Shown: positions 1-14,500 of the stretch, one piece after another
How positions within the stretch are numbered: position 1 is the stretch's first letter
Layout of the letters: each line of letters starts with the position of its first letter
Origin: the human T2T-CHM13v2.0 reference genome, Homo sapiens
Direction: 5' to 3' (one strand)
NCBI RefSeq assembly: GCF_009914755.1
Contig: NC_060935.1
DNA length: 64,000 nucleotides
Position numbers and translations under genes: made by a program
The notes under the pieces: generated by a model
What the model saw: only the letters and a program-made list of their open reading frames with translations
Told to the model about the DNA's origin: nothing
Databases searched by the model: none

Positions 1-406
1 CAACCCATAGGTCTTCGCCTGAGGAGTAGGCAGATCCTGCACAGATAAATGTTCAGAGGTCATCCAGGACCGCAGTCCCACCCCCACCCCAGCTTCCAAG
101 AAGAGGGGCTGCACAGAGCAAGCTCCCGATGGGAGGCAGTTCTCTGACCTTCACTGACTCATGCTTTTCAATTGCATCTTCTGTAGCCCTTGCGCAAGAA
201 TGACCTTGGGTGGCTTAGTAGTCAGATAGGACTGTATCTGCAGAACCAAGTCAGAAAAAAGTGGTTGTTCTGAGAAGACGCAGCTCAAGTCATCATTTAT
301 TCAAGGTTGTCTAATGAAAACACGTGGCTATTATCTGTACAGTGGATGATCTCAGAAGGACTTAGAAGAAACTGTTAGTGGTCTTAGAAATCCATCATCA
401 TCATCA

Positions 407-703
407 TTTTTTTTTTTTTTTGAGACAGAGTCTTGCTCTGTTGCCCAGGCTGCAATGAAGCGGCAGGATCTTGGCTCACTGCAACCTCCGCCTCCCAGGT
501 TCAAACAATTCTCCTGCCTCAGCTTCCTGAGTAGCTGGGACTACAGGTGCGTACCACCATGCCTGGCTAATTTTTGTATTTTTAGTAGAGACAGGGTTTT
601 GCCATGTTAGCCAGGCTGGTGTTGAACTCCTGACCTCAGGTGATCCACCCGCTTTGGCCTCCCGAAGTGTTGGGATTACAGGCATGAGCCACCTAGTCCA
701 GCC
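407..703 (-). mobile_element. Alu (AluS-like)
   Basis: Poly-T plus full dimer; flanked by (atc)n TSD-like repeats. Confidence 0.95.
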
Positions 704-739
704 CAATCATCATCATCATTATAATAATAATTATTATTC

Positions 740-1150
740 TTACTAGTATTTATTGAGCACTTATTGTGTGCCAGGGACAGTGTTACGTACTCTGCACCAC
801 ATCTCACTTAATTCTTCCAACAACCTTCTGTGATAGTACCAGTATTATTATGTTTTTATAGATGAATGCTTAGCTCCCTCTCTTATTGATATGCTTTGTT
901 CAAATGTAATTTTCCTTATGGGGCTTACTCTGACTACCCTATGTCATCCCTATCCCCCTTGTCTTTGCATAGCTCTCGCCACCTTCCAACCTGTTTTTTT
1001 ATTTACTTAATCATTATGTCCATTGCTTAGCTCCCACCCTCTACCCATGAGAATGTTTGCTCCCCAAGGAGAAAGATTTTGCTGTGTTTTGTTCAGAACA
1101 GTGTCTGATTCATATAACTACTCAGTAAACTTATTCTAAGGATAAATGAA
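740..1150. mobile_element. MIR followed by L2 remnant
   Basis: tttattgagcactta...tgtgccagg...ttaattcttccaacaacc (MIR core), then L2 3'-like sequence. Confidence 0.6.
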
Positions 1151-1403
1151 CAGATGAGTAAACCACGATTGAGATAATGAGCAAATCTCTTAATGTCCCT
1201 CAATAACTGGATAGTGGAGCAGGGATGGAGATGAGTCTCGCTCTAGAGCCTTGGGGTTTCGCCACCCCACAACATTGACTCTCTTTCAGAAGATATTCTC
1301 ACCTACACACATGCCCTTTGAAAGGTAGTTCATATTTGCTAAAACACATTCAGAATGGCCTACTGGCGTCTTGGAGAAGCAGGTTTGTATGAAAGGCCCC
1401 TAA

Positions 1404-1757
<354 letters not shown>

Positions 1758-3149
1758 AAGGCTGCCTTTTCTTTGGGCCCCATTTATCTGAAATTCCAAA
1801 GGCTTGTCTAGGTCTTGTGGTGACATTGCTATCTTTTCAGTCAATGCACAGCAGAGCCAGGGGGTGCTTGGTCTTGGGATGAAGCTCTGTATTCTCGGTG
1901 GCCTTCAGGACGCCTTAGGTCTTGGTCAGGTGAAGATCATTTTTATCATTAAGGTCTTTGATCTGGGTAGCATGCAATTCTCTGCCAGGGTAAATAAATG
2001 TCGTTAGGTTCTCAGACACTCTTTTCCAAGCCACTCACTTCTTTCTGCAATTCTTTGTGTGTTAAAAAGATTTAATAGCGACTCTCCTGTTAGTCTACTG
2101 TTTAATGGACTAACTTTGTCATTATGCCTCATAGGCAAAATGGTGACTTTGAAACTTGCTATTAGTGTTTTCTATTAAAATATAGTCACTATTACTTTTT
2201 GGACCAATATGCATCTTGGGAGTTCTAGGTATCATGCACATACACACAGCCTTTTTTCAAAAACCACATATCTGCCATTGCAGTAGCTCAGCCAACAGTT
2301 AAATTGGTATCTTATTACTGAGGTTTCTTTAGTTTTTGTCTATTGCATCAGGCTCTTGTAGGTTTTAGAAATAAATAAAAATGGTTTTAGCTTGGGTTGA
2401 AAGAGGATTTTCCCCTAGAACTGATTTCACTATAATGTATAGCTTAATACAAAACCTAGCATGCTGAATACAGTTAGTCTTCAAAGTGGATTAGGGTTGG
2501 TGTGCTTTGGGCATTTCCAAGGCATTAGTTACAGTACATTGAATTAGCTATACCAGTTGCTTCTCCTGTAATGAAAGGTGTAGAAAGATCCCCTGCTTGA
2601 ATAGAAGGCCAAAATGCCATCTTTTAACTTCTATTGGGTGTGATGGAGATGATAACTGAATGGGCAAAACCACTCCTGTTGTAAAGGAGCAATGAAGCAT
2701 TCTCTAGTTCCTTTAGAAAAGGCAAGTACAGAAATCTGAGATGCTGACCAGCCCAAGAGTTCTATTCATACTAGTGATAATAATGATATGATAAAGATAA
2801 TGATCATAATTATACCAATTGTTACCATTTTCTACTCCCCGCTACTCCACAGGTCTTAAAATAAATAAACCTCTATTTTAAGCTATTAACTTGACCTCAG
2901 TCTTTATTCATGTTTTTCTGTGTGTATGAGTAGGGAGCTACTGAAATGATAATTGGATTTCATAAATGCAGCCTGTGTGGCACTGTTTAGAAAAGGTAGA
3001 GTTTTATAGTGCCCTATGGTGGCTGTGTGATGAGTCCCTGTAGCCAGGCATAACTTGTTGCCTGAATGGATGTCATTACATTAGTGATGAAAGTGTGATG
3101 ACTATACACATGATTGCAGACATAAAAATGAAGTAACCATGGACTTTTT

Positions 3150-3360
3150 TTTTAGCATGTGCTATGTGCTAGTGACTGAGCTAAGTGCTTTATGTGTATT
3201 ATCTGTTTATCTTCCACAATAAGCCCTTGAGATGGGCACTATTATTATTAATCTGATTTTTCACATTGGTTAACTGAGGCACTGAGAGATGAATGAACTT
3301 GCTAATAAGTGGTGAATCCAGGATTTGAACTCAGATTTTCTAAATCCAGAACCCTTGTAA
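3150..3360 (-). mobile_element. MIR
   Basis: ctaagtgcttt...aactgaggcactgagag...ggatttgaactcag. Confidence 0.7.
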
Positions 3361-3449
3361 TTCACTTATGGGAGACGAAGTAACTATCAATGAAGTGCAA
3401 GGGTACATTAATCTCAAACAGGTCATGTGACGGATATTAAGAATGTGTA

Positions 3450-3747
3450 GGCAGGGTGCAGTGGCTTAAGCCTGTAATCCCAGCACTTTCGGAGGCCGAG
3501 ATGGGCGGACCACGAGGTCAGGAGTTCAAGACCATTCTGGCCAACATGGTGAAACCCCGTCTCTACTAAAAATACAAAAATTAGCTGGACGTGGTGGTGT
3601 GTGCCTGTAATCCCAGCTACTCAGGGGACTGAGGCAGGAGAATCACTTTAACCTGGGAGGCAGAGGTTGCGGTGAGCTGAGATCGCGCCATTGCACTCTA
3701 GCCTGGCTGACAGAGTGAGACTCCGTTTCAAAGAAAAAAGAAAAAAA
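3450..3747 (+). mobile_element. Alu (AluS-like)
   Basis: Full dimer, TSD aagaatgtgta. Confidence 0.95.
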
Positions 3748-3992
3748 GAATGTGTAATGGTATTTTGTACAGGCACATGCAATCATTGTGTAGTATAGGT
3801 GCATTCAGGACTTATCAAATCAGGTACTAACTTAGGACTGAGATGTTGACATGAAAGTCTGAAATCACTCCACACTGGGGGAGACCAAGCAAATCACGTG
3901 AGAACATAAGCTCTGGCATCAGCATTGATGTTTACAAATTATACAAATGTAGTAAATGATCACACATACCCCCAAAATATGCACACCTATCA

Positions 3993-4494
<502 letters not shown>

Positions 4495-5704
4495 TAAACA
4501 GACATTTTGGGGAAATAAAATGATGGCTTAATGTCAGCCTTCTAATCAGGACTTGCAGACATCCTTCAAACGGAAAACCGTGGAAGAGGATGGTTATTTT
4601 TCTGGAGAGCTGGGCAGCACGAGAACACAAGTCTGTCAGGGTTTCCCAAGGGGAGTTGGAAGATTTGCCCATCTGGAGATCTTTGAAAGAGAGTAGGATG
4701 AAATCCCCTCTCTCAGGGGTGGTTAAGCTGGGGGCCTTACCAGTAGGAGAAAGAGGATTGACTGAACTCCGATTCAGGGTATTTTCTTAAGAGTTGATAG
4801 ATAAGCTGTTTTTTCCAAGTACATTCCTGTTCCTTCATTTAATTGCTCCCCAGGGATTCATAGTCCAAACACCTTTACCTAAAAAACCTGAACTTTAGTT
4901 AATCAGGAGTGAATGTTCTGGGCAAAGGGCATTAGAGTCCCAGGTTTCTTCTCCTGAGACCTCCTCTGTGGTGTTGGCTTAGTGTGATATGATAATCTAA
5001 GGAATATTGTGACCACAGTCAGAGCTGCCCCTAGGAAAATGGCAGGGCTGAAGCAGATGATATTCTTCAGTTTTCTTCTCTCCAGAAGGGCATTGTGGCA
5101 GAAGAACAATTTCTAGAGACTTCCAGGCTGGGAAATAATTGCACTAGGTGCCTCTTCAAACCTCCCAGCCCTGTTCCTTGTCCTCCCCTGTCCCTCCACC
5201 ATCATTTTTTCATTCATAGACACTTACTGAGCATAAATGTAAGTGCTCAGTCTGGAGCAGTGAGCTTGGTAACACACAACAACGATGAATGGGACATAAA
5301 TCCTGTGTGGATGGCAGTCACAGTCTTAGGGTGGGAGGAACATGCACATCACTAATTGCGATACAAGGTGGGAAATGATGCATTGGAAAGAGACGTGGGT
5401 AAACTGCTTTGAGATTTTTTTATGCTAGTGAAGATTGATTAATAAATGAATATTGAGGACATTCTCAAAGGAGAACAGAAGGAAAAGACATCATAAAAGG
5501 TCAACTTGAAGAGCAAGAGCAGACAGAGACTTGCTACATATAGAACTTGGGAACTGTGGAATGCTCTAGAGTCTTAGACTTGCAAGTGACCACAGAGGTT
5601 GTCTGGTCTCAAACTCATAGTGATACTGTCCCCAACAGGTTCACTCTGGGCTTTACCACCTATACAGAAGGGAACTCATCATTTATTTTTGGATTAACAG
5701 CATC

Positions 5705-6016
5705 TACTGGACATGGTGGTTCATGCCTGTACTGCCAGCACTTTGGGAGGCCAAGGCTAAAGGATTGCTTGGGACCAGGAGTTCAAGACCAGCCTGGGCA
5801 ACATAGCCAGACCCTGTGTCTACAAAAAATAATAAAAATTAGCCGGCTGTGGTGGCACATGTCTCTAGTCCAAGCTACTTTGTAGGCTGAGGCAGGAGGA
5901 TTGCCTGAGGCCAGGAGTTCGAGGCTGCAGTAAACTATGATTGTGCTACTGCACTCCAGCCTAGGTGACAGAGACCCTGTCTCTTAAAACAACAACAACA
6001 AAACAAAACAAAAAAA
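5705..6016 (+). mobile_element. Alu (AluJ-like)
   Basis: Diverged dimer with (caa)n/A tail. Confidence 0.9.
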
Positions 6017-6053
6017 CCAGTGTCTGGTGCAAGAAGGGAGTCGGGGAATTTCT

Positions 6054-6055
<2 letters not shown>

Positions 6056-6092
<37 letters not shown>

Positions 6093-6140
6093 AGAAAGAG
6101 AAAGAGAAAGAGAGAGAGGGAGCAAGAAAAAGGAAGGAAA
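6056..6140. repeat. (TG)16 microsatellite followed by GA-rich tract
   Basis: Seen directly. Confidence 0.95.
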
Positions 6141-7084
6141 GCAGTAGACTAGATTTTCAGTACCCTAGTGGGCCTCTGCCTGAAGGACATATGGGGCCAA
6201 TGAGTGCTGACTGGCTGTTCTTTGAGTTAAGCTGGGGAGATTTTATTATGGTGGGAATGGAACCCAGTGTCCTTGTTCCAAGGTCCAAGGTCCTGCATAG
6301 GTAGCAAACTTGCACGGAATGATCATGTGAACAAGCCTTCAAAAAGGAAGACTTTGTTCTGGCTAGTAAGATTTAAACCATTGCCTGACTACATTCTGGA
6401 AACAAGTTAGATCTACCTGTGGAAGCTAAACTAGAATCTTAAGACCATGGAAAGGCTACTTTTAAAGGTCTTTTATTGTTTACTAAGCTACTATTGCAAC
6501 AGAGGATGGCAAACCTCATTTTAAGCAAATGAACATAGTGGAGACTTAGGCTCTGCAGTTTTCTCCTCTGCGGTCCAAAGTGCCTGCTTGGAGCCTTGAG
6601 TCTGCAGTCCTCGATAATGGAACCAGGAAGCACCAGGACTTACCGATCCCTGATGACTCATCTCAGATCTACAGGTAGACTTCTTAACAGGTAAGAGGTA
6701 TTAAAGACACTTGGGTAAAAATGATAAAGTAGAGGTACACCTACATTATTAATGGCAAATGAGAAACTGATTATGTGGCCTGAATATGCCATGAAAAGAA
6801 TATGTTGCTAATATAATAATTTATTTCAAGGGAGTTCTGCTAAATATTTGGGATAGTGCATTTTTTTTCTCTTTAATATTTAGAATTCGATACAAACTCC
6901 CAAGGAAATTTAGGGAACAGATAGAAACTGACTGAATTGAATAAGGAAACAAAGGGTATTGGTTTGCTGAATTGCAACTCCAAATTAATTAATCTCCCAA
7001 ATTGCAAATCAACTACATGTCTTCACAAACGATGACAGGGAGAACTAGTCTGAATGTGTATTTTACAGAAAGTCAAAAGAGAGC

Positions 7085-7250
7085 AATAGTGAAGTGGAGA
7101 AAACACTGGTTTGGGATTCAGAATACCTGGGTTTAAATCTTGACCTCTGCAGTTCTTCATCTCTCTGAGCCTGAGTTTCCTCATCACTACAATGGGAAAA
7201 AATAACACTTACCTCACAGGATTATTATGAGACTTAAATAACAAAATATA
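7085..7250 (+). mobile_element. MIR
   Basis: cctgggtttaaatc...ctctctgagcctgagtttcctcatc...cttacctcacagg. Confidence 0.75.
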
Positions 7251-9587
7251 GTGCCTTGCTCATGAAATCTTAGGTGAATCTGAAAATTTTCAGGACACTG
7301 AAACATTTCTAATCTATACCTGACTGAAGCAGATTTTTCATGTGGTTCAGGTCCTAGGTATCATATATTTGCTTTAAAGTGAAAGGGCAAGACCACGTAA
7401 GTTAATTGTTTACAGATATACTTTTAGTAAGTAGTGATGTTCTTGCAAAGTTGTATATCAATCAAGTAAAATGTATTAGGGTAATTTCCCACATGCAGGA
7501 ATCCTGTTTATGTAAAGCAAAAAGGCCTCCCCAAATGCCAGTAACCATTCTATACCTTTTATGCAAATCTACACGTCCACATGTTGGGATTAGTTCTAGT
7601 GAGGTATTTGTGTTTGATTAACTTCTTGCTCTGTGTGGGCTTATGAGGGAATTAGATGCGCACAGAATGTTTGCCAACAAATGCAGACTGACTGTTAGGA
7701 CTCCTCTGTGCAGTTTGTTTTTTAATTATTCTCAGAGGTCAAAATATTATGTCCAAAATAATACTAGAAGTCATTAAGGTAACGCTTGACTGAAAGATGT
7801 TTGATTCACATAAAACAGTTTCAGCTCCAGCTTTGTGATCTTGGTCTAAGATTTATCTTGCCCATGCCTCAGTTTCTCATCTATGAACCTGAGTGAGATA
7901 GAGTAGAAGAAGGATGTGCATGGGATGAGATAGCTAATTCTTCTTCCAGGCTATAATTCTGTCACCTGAAGAAGGTGATATTTTTACTGCTTATAAAAAT
8001 TTCCAACTGTCAGACAGAATTAATATATCTTCCAGAGGTATCTGCTTACATCCAGGGAGTGGTTGAGGGCATAGAAAATGAAGTTGTTTCGTTTCCTGGA
8101 AAAGGTGACATGTTTCATGTCTATTTGGACACCCAAAGTTATGCAACAAATGACTTCCTCATTTGAGTGTGCCTTATTCAAGTTTATCACTGAATTAAAA
8201 TTTCATACATTTAAAGAAACAATGTATTCTAATAAATCTTTTCTGTAAAACAAATGATTTGAATTATATGAAGGATCATGCCAGACTCAGATATTTTTTA
8301 AATCTGTATTTTCATACATCAGGATTGCTTAAAGCAAAGTAGACCTTTCCAGCTGATAGACCCTGAAAGCTACAAAAAGACGTTGTAGATTACCTAGCAT
8401 AACTCATCCCTAAATCTCAATTTCAGAGTATTAAAATGCCATGTAGTCACTGGTTTGAGGCAAAAATGTGAGCATAGTGGTCCTGAGTCTCCATTTGTAG
8501 GAGAGGGATGTGGGGGGGATACAAGCAGGGGTGCTTGCCACTAGGGCCAGTTCTGGGGCGCAGTGCAGCAGGGTAGAGGAAACGGACTATTCCTGAAAAG
8601 TGGGAACATCCCACAGTGTGAATTTCATTGAGGCAAGAGTTCGCACCAAGTGCAGAATTGCATAGAGGTGAATTGTTTACAGTTACTGCCTCAAGATGCA
8701 TTGTTTGCAGAAAGATAAACCTCTCAGGGTACAGTAGGAATGGTTGTCCAGAGCTGGATTACAGGGACCACCAATGAAAATCCTCCATACAGCCTAGTCG
8801 TCTTCAGCTTCTTCCTGTGTCATAAAAAGTAATTCCAATTTTTTGCTTGACATAATATGTAAAGGCTAATATTTCTCTGGTGTTTGGCAAACATGCTGTC
8901 CTATCAGAACAAACCAGGCAACTGTTTTCTAGTTTTTAAAACTTTTTCATTACATTCATTATGCTCCAAATGTTCTTTTTGGAATTCCAATAACACACCA
9001 TGCTTTCTACACTTGACCTCAGCCAAAAGGCCGAGAAGCGATCAAACCATGCTTTCTTTTATGCCTCAATGCCTCTGCACATGTGGGTCTTCTGCTGGAA
9101 ATATGACCCCCTTGTTCAACATGGAAAATGCCTCTGCTCACGTTCAAACCTTGACTAGGTACTGTCTTCTCTGTGAAATTCTCTCTGGATCAGGATCCTT
9201 CTCCCTCGTGTTCACTCTGCATTTGGTACACATTTCTCCTGAAGTAAATTTACCAAATTGTAGTTCTTGGACTGGTTTTCTGCTCCTTCCTCCCTTCCCC
9301 AGATTTGAAGCAACTGAGGCCAGAGTCATCTTTGATAGGCATTCAAAAAATATTTGTAGGAAGCAATAATCATTTTTCATAAACTTTTCAGAAACTTCAC
9401 ACTACTTACTATTAAGGTATGCTTAGAGTCTGGGAAGATTAAATACTTTTTGATTGATTTGCTAGATTACCAGGTACACCACGAAGCTCCAATTTTCTTA
9501 GCAGATATAGGCAGAACTCCATTGTAAATGGCATAATCATACAGTCACATTTTGTTCCTCTAAAACATAACATCTACCAACAATAAG

Positions 9588-9720
9588 ACACACACACACA
9601 CACACACACACAGATTAAAAGAAAAAAAAACCTTATCCCCAACCCCAAATGTTCCCTCTCCTCTCCTTTCTTCTCCCCTCCACTCCCCTCCTCTCTCCTC
9701 TTCTCTTCTCTCTCTCCTTT
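9588..9720. repeat. (CA)n microsatellite and CT-rich tract
   Basis: Seen directly. Confidence 0.9.
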
Positions 9721-10695
9721 TGCTCCCACTCCAACCACAAGTAACTTTTCACAGTCTAACTCTAGGCATTAGAAGGATGTTTAACACTTAGTAGATGCTC
9801 AAAAACTATTTGAAAATAGATGTCCCTCATTCTTTTTGCTGACTAATTTCTGGAAAGGGCAGTCTAATCTTGCAGCTTCCATTAATTCATTCCCTAACTA
9901 CTCTTCAACCCATAGCAATCTCATTTCTTCTCTGACCACTCTACTGAAATTGTTGTCTCAGAGGTCATCAATGACCTAATTACAAAATTTAATGGAATTA
10001 TCTCTGTCTTTCTTCTGCCTGACTTCATTATAGGATATAGCATCATTTATCTCTTTGAAATGTAGTATACTTTAAAAAGTATAAGTTTTAAAGCAAAGAG
10101 ACCCTTGTTTAAATTTGTGTTCATCTTCTACTAGCTGTGTGAACTTGGGCAAGTCACCTTGTAAAATCTCTCATCATCTTGAAATAGGGCTTTTGATATT
10201 TATTTCTCAGAGTTGTTGCAAGAGTCAGCTGGGATTTTGTGGGTGAAGCACTCAGCACAGCGCCTGGCTTAGTGTAGCCATGCAATAAACGCCTCCTTTC
10301 TCCCCTCGGCTTCCCAGTGATTGCTGTTTCTTGGTTTTCTTCCAGAGGTTCCTCCTTTTCCTTGCCTATCTCCTCTCATTCCACATTTTTCCCCTGCCCT
10401 ATTTCAGATTTTCTCCATCTCTTACCAGAACTATTTGCCATTCATATGGTCAATATTCCAAAAATATTGGCTGATTGAATGATAGTCTCCTAATTGGTTT
10501 TTATGGTTCCCATCTGCTTTTTTCTCCAATTCAAATTTCATGCTGTCACCAGAGTTGATGCTTCTCAAATACAGGTTAGTAATGCAGTCCCCCAACACCA
10601 AAAAAAAAAAAAAAGAGAAAAAAGAAAACCACCAAACCCAAACCAATCTGAATAGCAACCCTTGCCTAAAGAATAAAATCTATAATTCAACACTA

Positions 10696-10840
<145 letters not shown>

Positions 10841-11344
10841 CCTTCTGCACTGCAATCTGACCCCTCATTTGTCCAGCCTCATTGTCTAATCCTGTATGTC
10901 TCACCCTATGCTCTGACTTATCTTTTCCTATTTTCAAAACCTCTTTGTGAGTTTTCACTCCTCAATGCTTTTATTCAAACTGCTAACACCCTATTCTTTT
11001 TTATTGAAATTCTGACTTGAAGTATTAACTTAAATACCCATTCCTCCATAGAACCTGCTTAGACTACCTCTTTTCCTCTAGTTAAAATTTATCAATCTTT
11101 CCAGTCACACCTCTTGTGCACTTGTATTTTGCACTTAATTAATTCTGCTTTGAGGGATCATGTGCTCCAATGCACCATGTGTATCTTATTTATCTAGCTA
11201 TATCCCAAGGACTTCCTGAACAAGGAGCTTTACACAGTGTTCTAGCGTAACAACTACTTGTAGAATTAAACTGAGTTGAAAATCAACAAGAATAGTCCTG
11301 TTTCCTACGAAGGGTATTATAAAGGAAACTTATACATAACAAAG

Positions 11345-11575
11345 GCTAACATTTATGGAGCACTTACTGTGTGCCAAACTCTGTTCTAAGTGCCCTACAC
11401 AGCACTAATGCTCACAATCACTCCAGCAAGGAGATGCTATTTATTTACTTAATTTTTCAGATGAGAAACTGAGTTGCAGAGAAGTTAAATAACTTAACCG
11501 TAATAAAACTGCTAGCAAGTGATGGAAACAGGTCCAAAACTCAGGTGGCTTGATTTTGGGTCTGCACACTCAATC
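11345..11575 (-). mobile_element. MIR
   Basis: catttatggagcacttactgtgtgcc...tttcagatgagaaactgag. Confidence 0.75.
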
Positions 11576-14500
11576 ACTAGTCGGTAGTTAGTATAAGCTG
11601 ATGATATTTTGCAATGCTTCTGAGGAAAGCAACAGCAGAAATTCCAGCACATGCCACCTGCTTTCCTTGGGATGGGCAGCCAAGGACAGGTGGGGCGACC
11701 TCAGAAAGTCTTTTGCAGCCCTGGTTTGCACATAAGTCCTTGCAAGATTTAGAGGACAAGAGATGATGTCCTTCTGTGCCTTGGTATCCTTGGTGTCAAG
11801 TACAAGGGCAGCCAAATATTGTGCAAAACATTCTTCTTTGACGCCTAAGCCTTTTGATGAGCGATTAAACCAAGGAGGCTTATCTGGTGACAGTCCTTCT
11901 CCTGAGGTGACGTCACTGCTCACCCTGGCCCCTGTGAGGGCTGTTGGAAACAAAGAGCTGACCCTGTGTACTCCCCAAGGTTGAGAGCACTGCCCAGGGC
12001 TCTATTCTCGGAAACTGAGTCTCCATCAAAGTCCTGAAGCATTTTCTCCCTTTTTCCTTGGAAGGAGAAGCTGGATGTGGTGGTTGGTCAACTGTGGTTT
12101 GATTTAGGTTGTATTTAACCAGCACCAGCCTCCTCCTCCACACTCCTTCTCTAACCACACCAATTCAGTGCAGCATCCTCTGACCCTTCTTAAAGTAGTG
12201 AGCTCCTCCCTGGGGAAATGAAGGGAGGACTCGTGAAAGAAACAAAAGGAGATACCATGGGGAGGAGTTTAAGTTATTCCCTCCAATTCTTTCTCCTGTC
12301 TTCATCCCCGAACCCTCACTTCCTTGCTTCAGCACCATCCTGGTAATTGATCCCTGTATTTCTAGTTCACCAGTGCAAGATATTAAAGCTATTTGTGGGT
12401 CTCAGGGAGGTGTTTAGCATCCGGTGATCAAAATGCCTTTGAGCCAGTAACAGGTCAGCTCAAACAGACTTTGTTTTAGGTGTAAGTGAATTGCTTCTAC
12501 TTTAAAAAGAAACAATCTGGGTCTTAGAGACCCACAGTAGTAGGGTGGGCTGGGCCTTTAAGAGATCATCTCTTTCCTGCCACTGCCTCTAAGTAGGCTC
12601 CAGTTACCTTTAAAAGACCTACAGAGAAAGCCATTCTTTACCCAGTCTTAGTCATTCAGGCCAGTCCTTAACCAGCCTTACACTCGGTAAATGTTTATCA
12701 TCTATCCCAAATCCCCCATGCTGCACTCTACAGAAATGCATTTCCTCTTGCTCAGCAGCAAAATGAGAGCTGCAGAGTGAAATCTGGCCATCCTTCATTG
12801 TGTGTTTGAAGACAGTCAACATTGCTCTCAGCATCATCCACGTTTCTGTCCGTATTTCCAGCTTCCCTGCCAGCCTCAAATTCCACTTCTTCTATGCTCA
12901 CTGCCTGCTTCTTTCCCTCATAATGGGCCAATCGGGATTGGCCGTTCGAATGTTGTGTAGGGGAGAGACTCTGTGTCCCAGTGTTGAGAGTGGGGATTGT
13001 CTGTCTTGCAACAACAGTGTTGTGGGGAGACATTCCTGTGTCTTTGGGAGTTCCCTGCCTTGGCATCCTGGAGCAGGTGCAATAAGGTGTCCGGGGTGCC
13101 AGCGCCTTCCAGTTCACATTTACTTGGATGTGTACCCAGGAGAAATCTAGTCTGGAAGCTACTATGTTTCACTAAAGTTTTCCCCTGGAAATTGAATAAT
13201 AATAATAGTTTATGAGTCTCCAGAAGTAATAGACAGGTGTTGGGTGTCTTGTGTCTGTAGGAAAAGGGAGCTTGTGCAGCTGAGAATAAACAACAGTTGC
13301 TTGGTAATATGACCTCCTTTCATTTAAAGTCAGAGGCCTGGCTGCAGGTGGGGAAAGGGGAGGCTGGGTTGTTCTGGTTACCACCTGTCTGGGGAAGCGG
13401 GGAATGGGGGCAAAGGTGAGGTCTGTTTCACAGAGAACTGTGCGGTCGCTGAGAGCCAAATATTGGAGAGAAGAAATATGGGAGTGGGGAGACTTGGGGA
13501 GCAAGTGCAATCGCTGAGATTCTGACGCAGGGCATGAAAACTCTTTGGTTCTGATGTTGGCACCAGCTACTTTGAGAAATTGTTTCTCTACACTTTTGGA
13601 GGCCTCTAAACTGGCTTCAGAAGGCATGAGTTCCAATTCTGGCCTTGTCATTGATTAGCCATCATCATTTATCTGTGACCTTGGATAAACTACTGAATCT
13701 CTCTGTCCCACTTTCATCAATTGTAAAGGCCGCTGGGAAGACACAGTGTGATGTATGAAAGCTCTTTCCAAAAGTGTAAAGGTCACCATACACATAACAA
13801 GCACAGGATACTGGAGAGAATTAAAGGAAGGAGAAACTTGATTCTTTTCTCAAGGAGCTTATAGTCTTAACAGTAATGTTGGCTCACAGCTGTAGGGCAT
13901 TTCATATTTCAAAGCAGTGCCTCATTTATTATCTTACTTGCCAGAGCCATGGGCAACAGAAACAGCTGGAAAGGGCTGAAGGATGTGTTTTGAACAGGGT
14001 TTTAACGGTCAAAAGGGTTATGGCTTGAAAAAAAGAAGGGACTGCAGGTGCAAGTGAGTAAGGACAGCGTTCAGGCTAAGAGAGCTCAGGGTATCTGCTT
14101 CCCAATCAAGTGAAACATTTTAGATTCCTGCTTGGAGGTTTTCCCTCAGGCCGGGTGAAATGTAAATGATCACTCTTAGCCACTGCTGTGCCCAAGGCTT
14201 GAATTAAATCTCACAGGATTTCAGTTCCAGAATCTACTGTGAGTGGGAAAAGTGGCTGAAGTGTGTGGGAAGAGGGTGCTGGTGGCTTTTCTTCCTTGTA
14301 AGAGGTATACACTTAAATTCAGAGTGCCCAGAACAAACTTAAAGCTTCCTCCCTTGTTTCTTCTCCCTCTTCCCAAGCTGCCCATAGAATCTTCTGGCCC
14401 CTGTCTTGTGGACCATCCTTTTGTGTTTTTGGCCTCCAAGCGAATGGTGGTGTCCTGGCTTCCTTTCTTCCCATAAGCCCCTGAGACCCTCATCTTCTAT

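Noticed and set aside
1804-2007. Non-repeat stretch checked as a possible processed pseudogene
   Set aside because: Minus-strand translation has stops and matches no protein I recognise; no poly-A or TSD.
6581-6696. Strong donor CAG|GTAAGA at 6690/6691, a possible upstream non-coding exon
   Set aside because: Acceptor only modest; such donors occur by chance in 64 kb; needs transcript evidence.
12652-13215. Cluster of overlapping 70-120 aa ORFs in unique sequence
   Set aside because: No recognisable homology, splice structure or codon bias.
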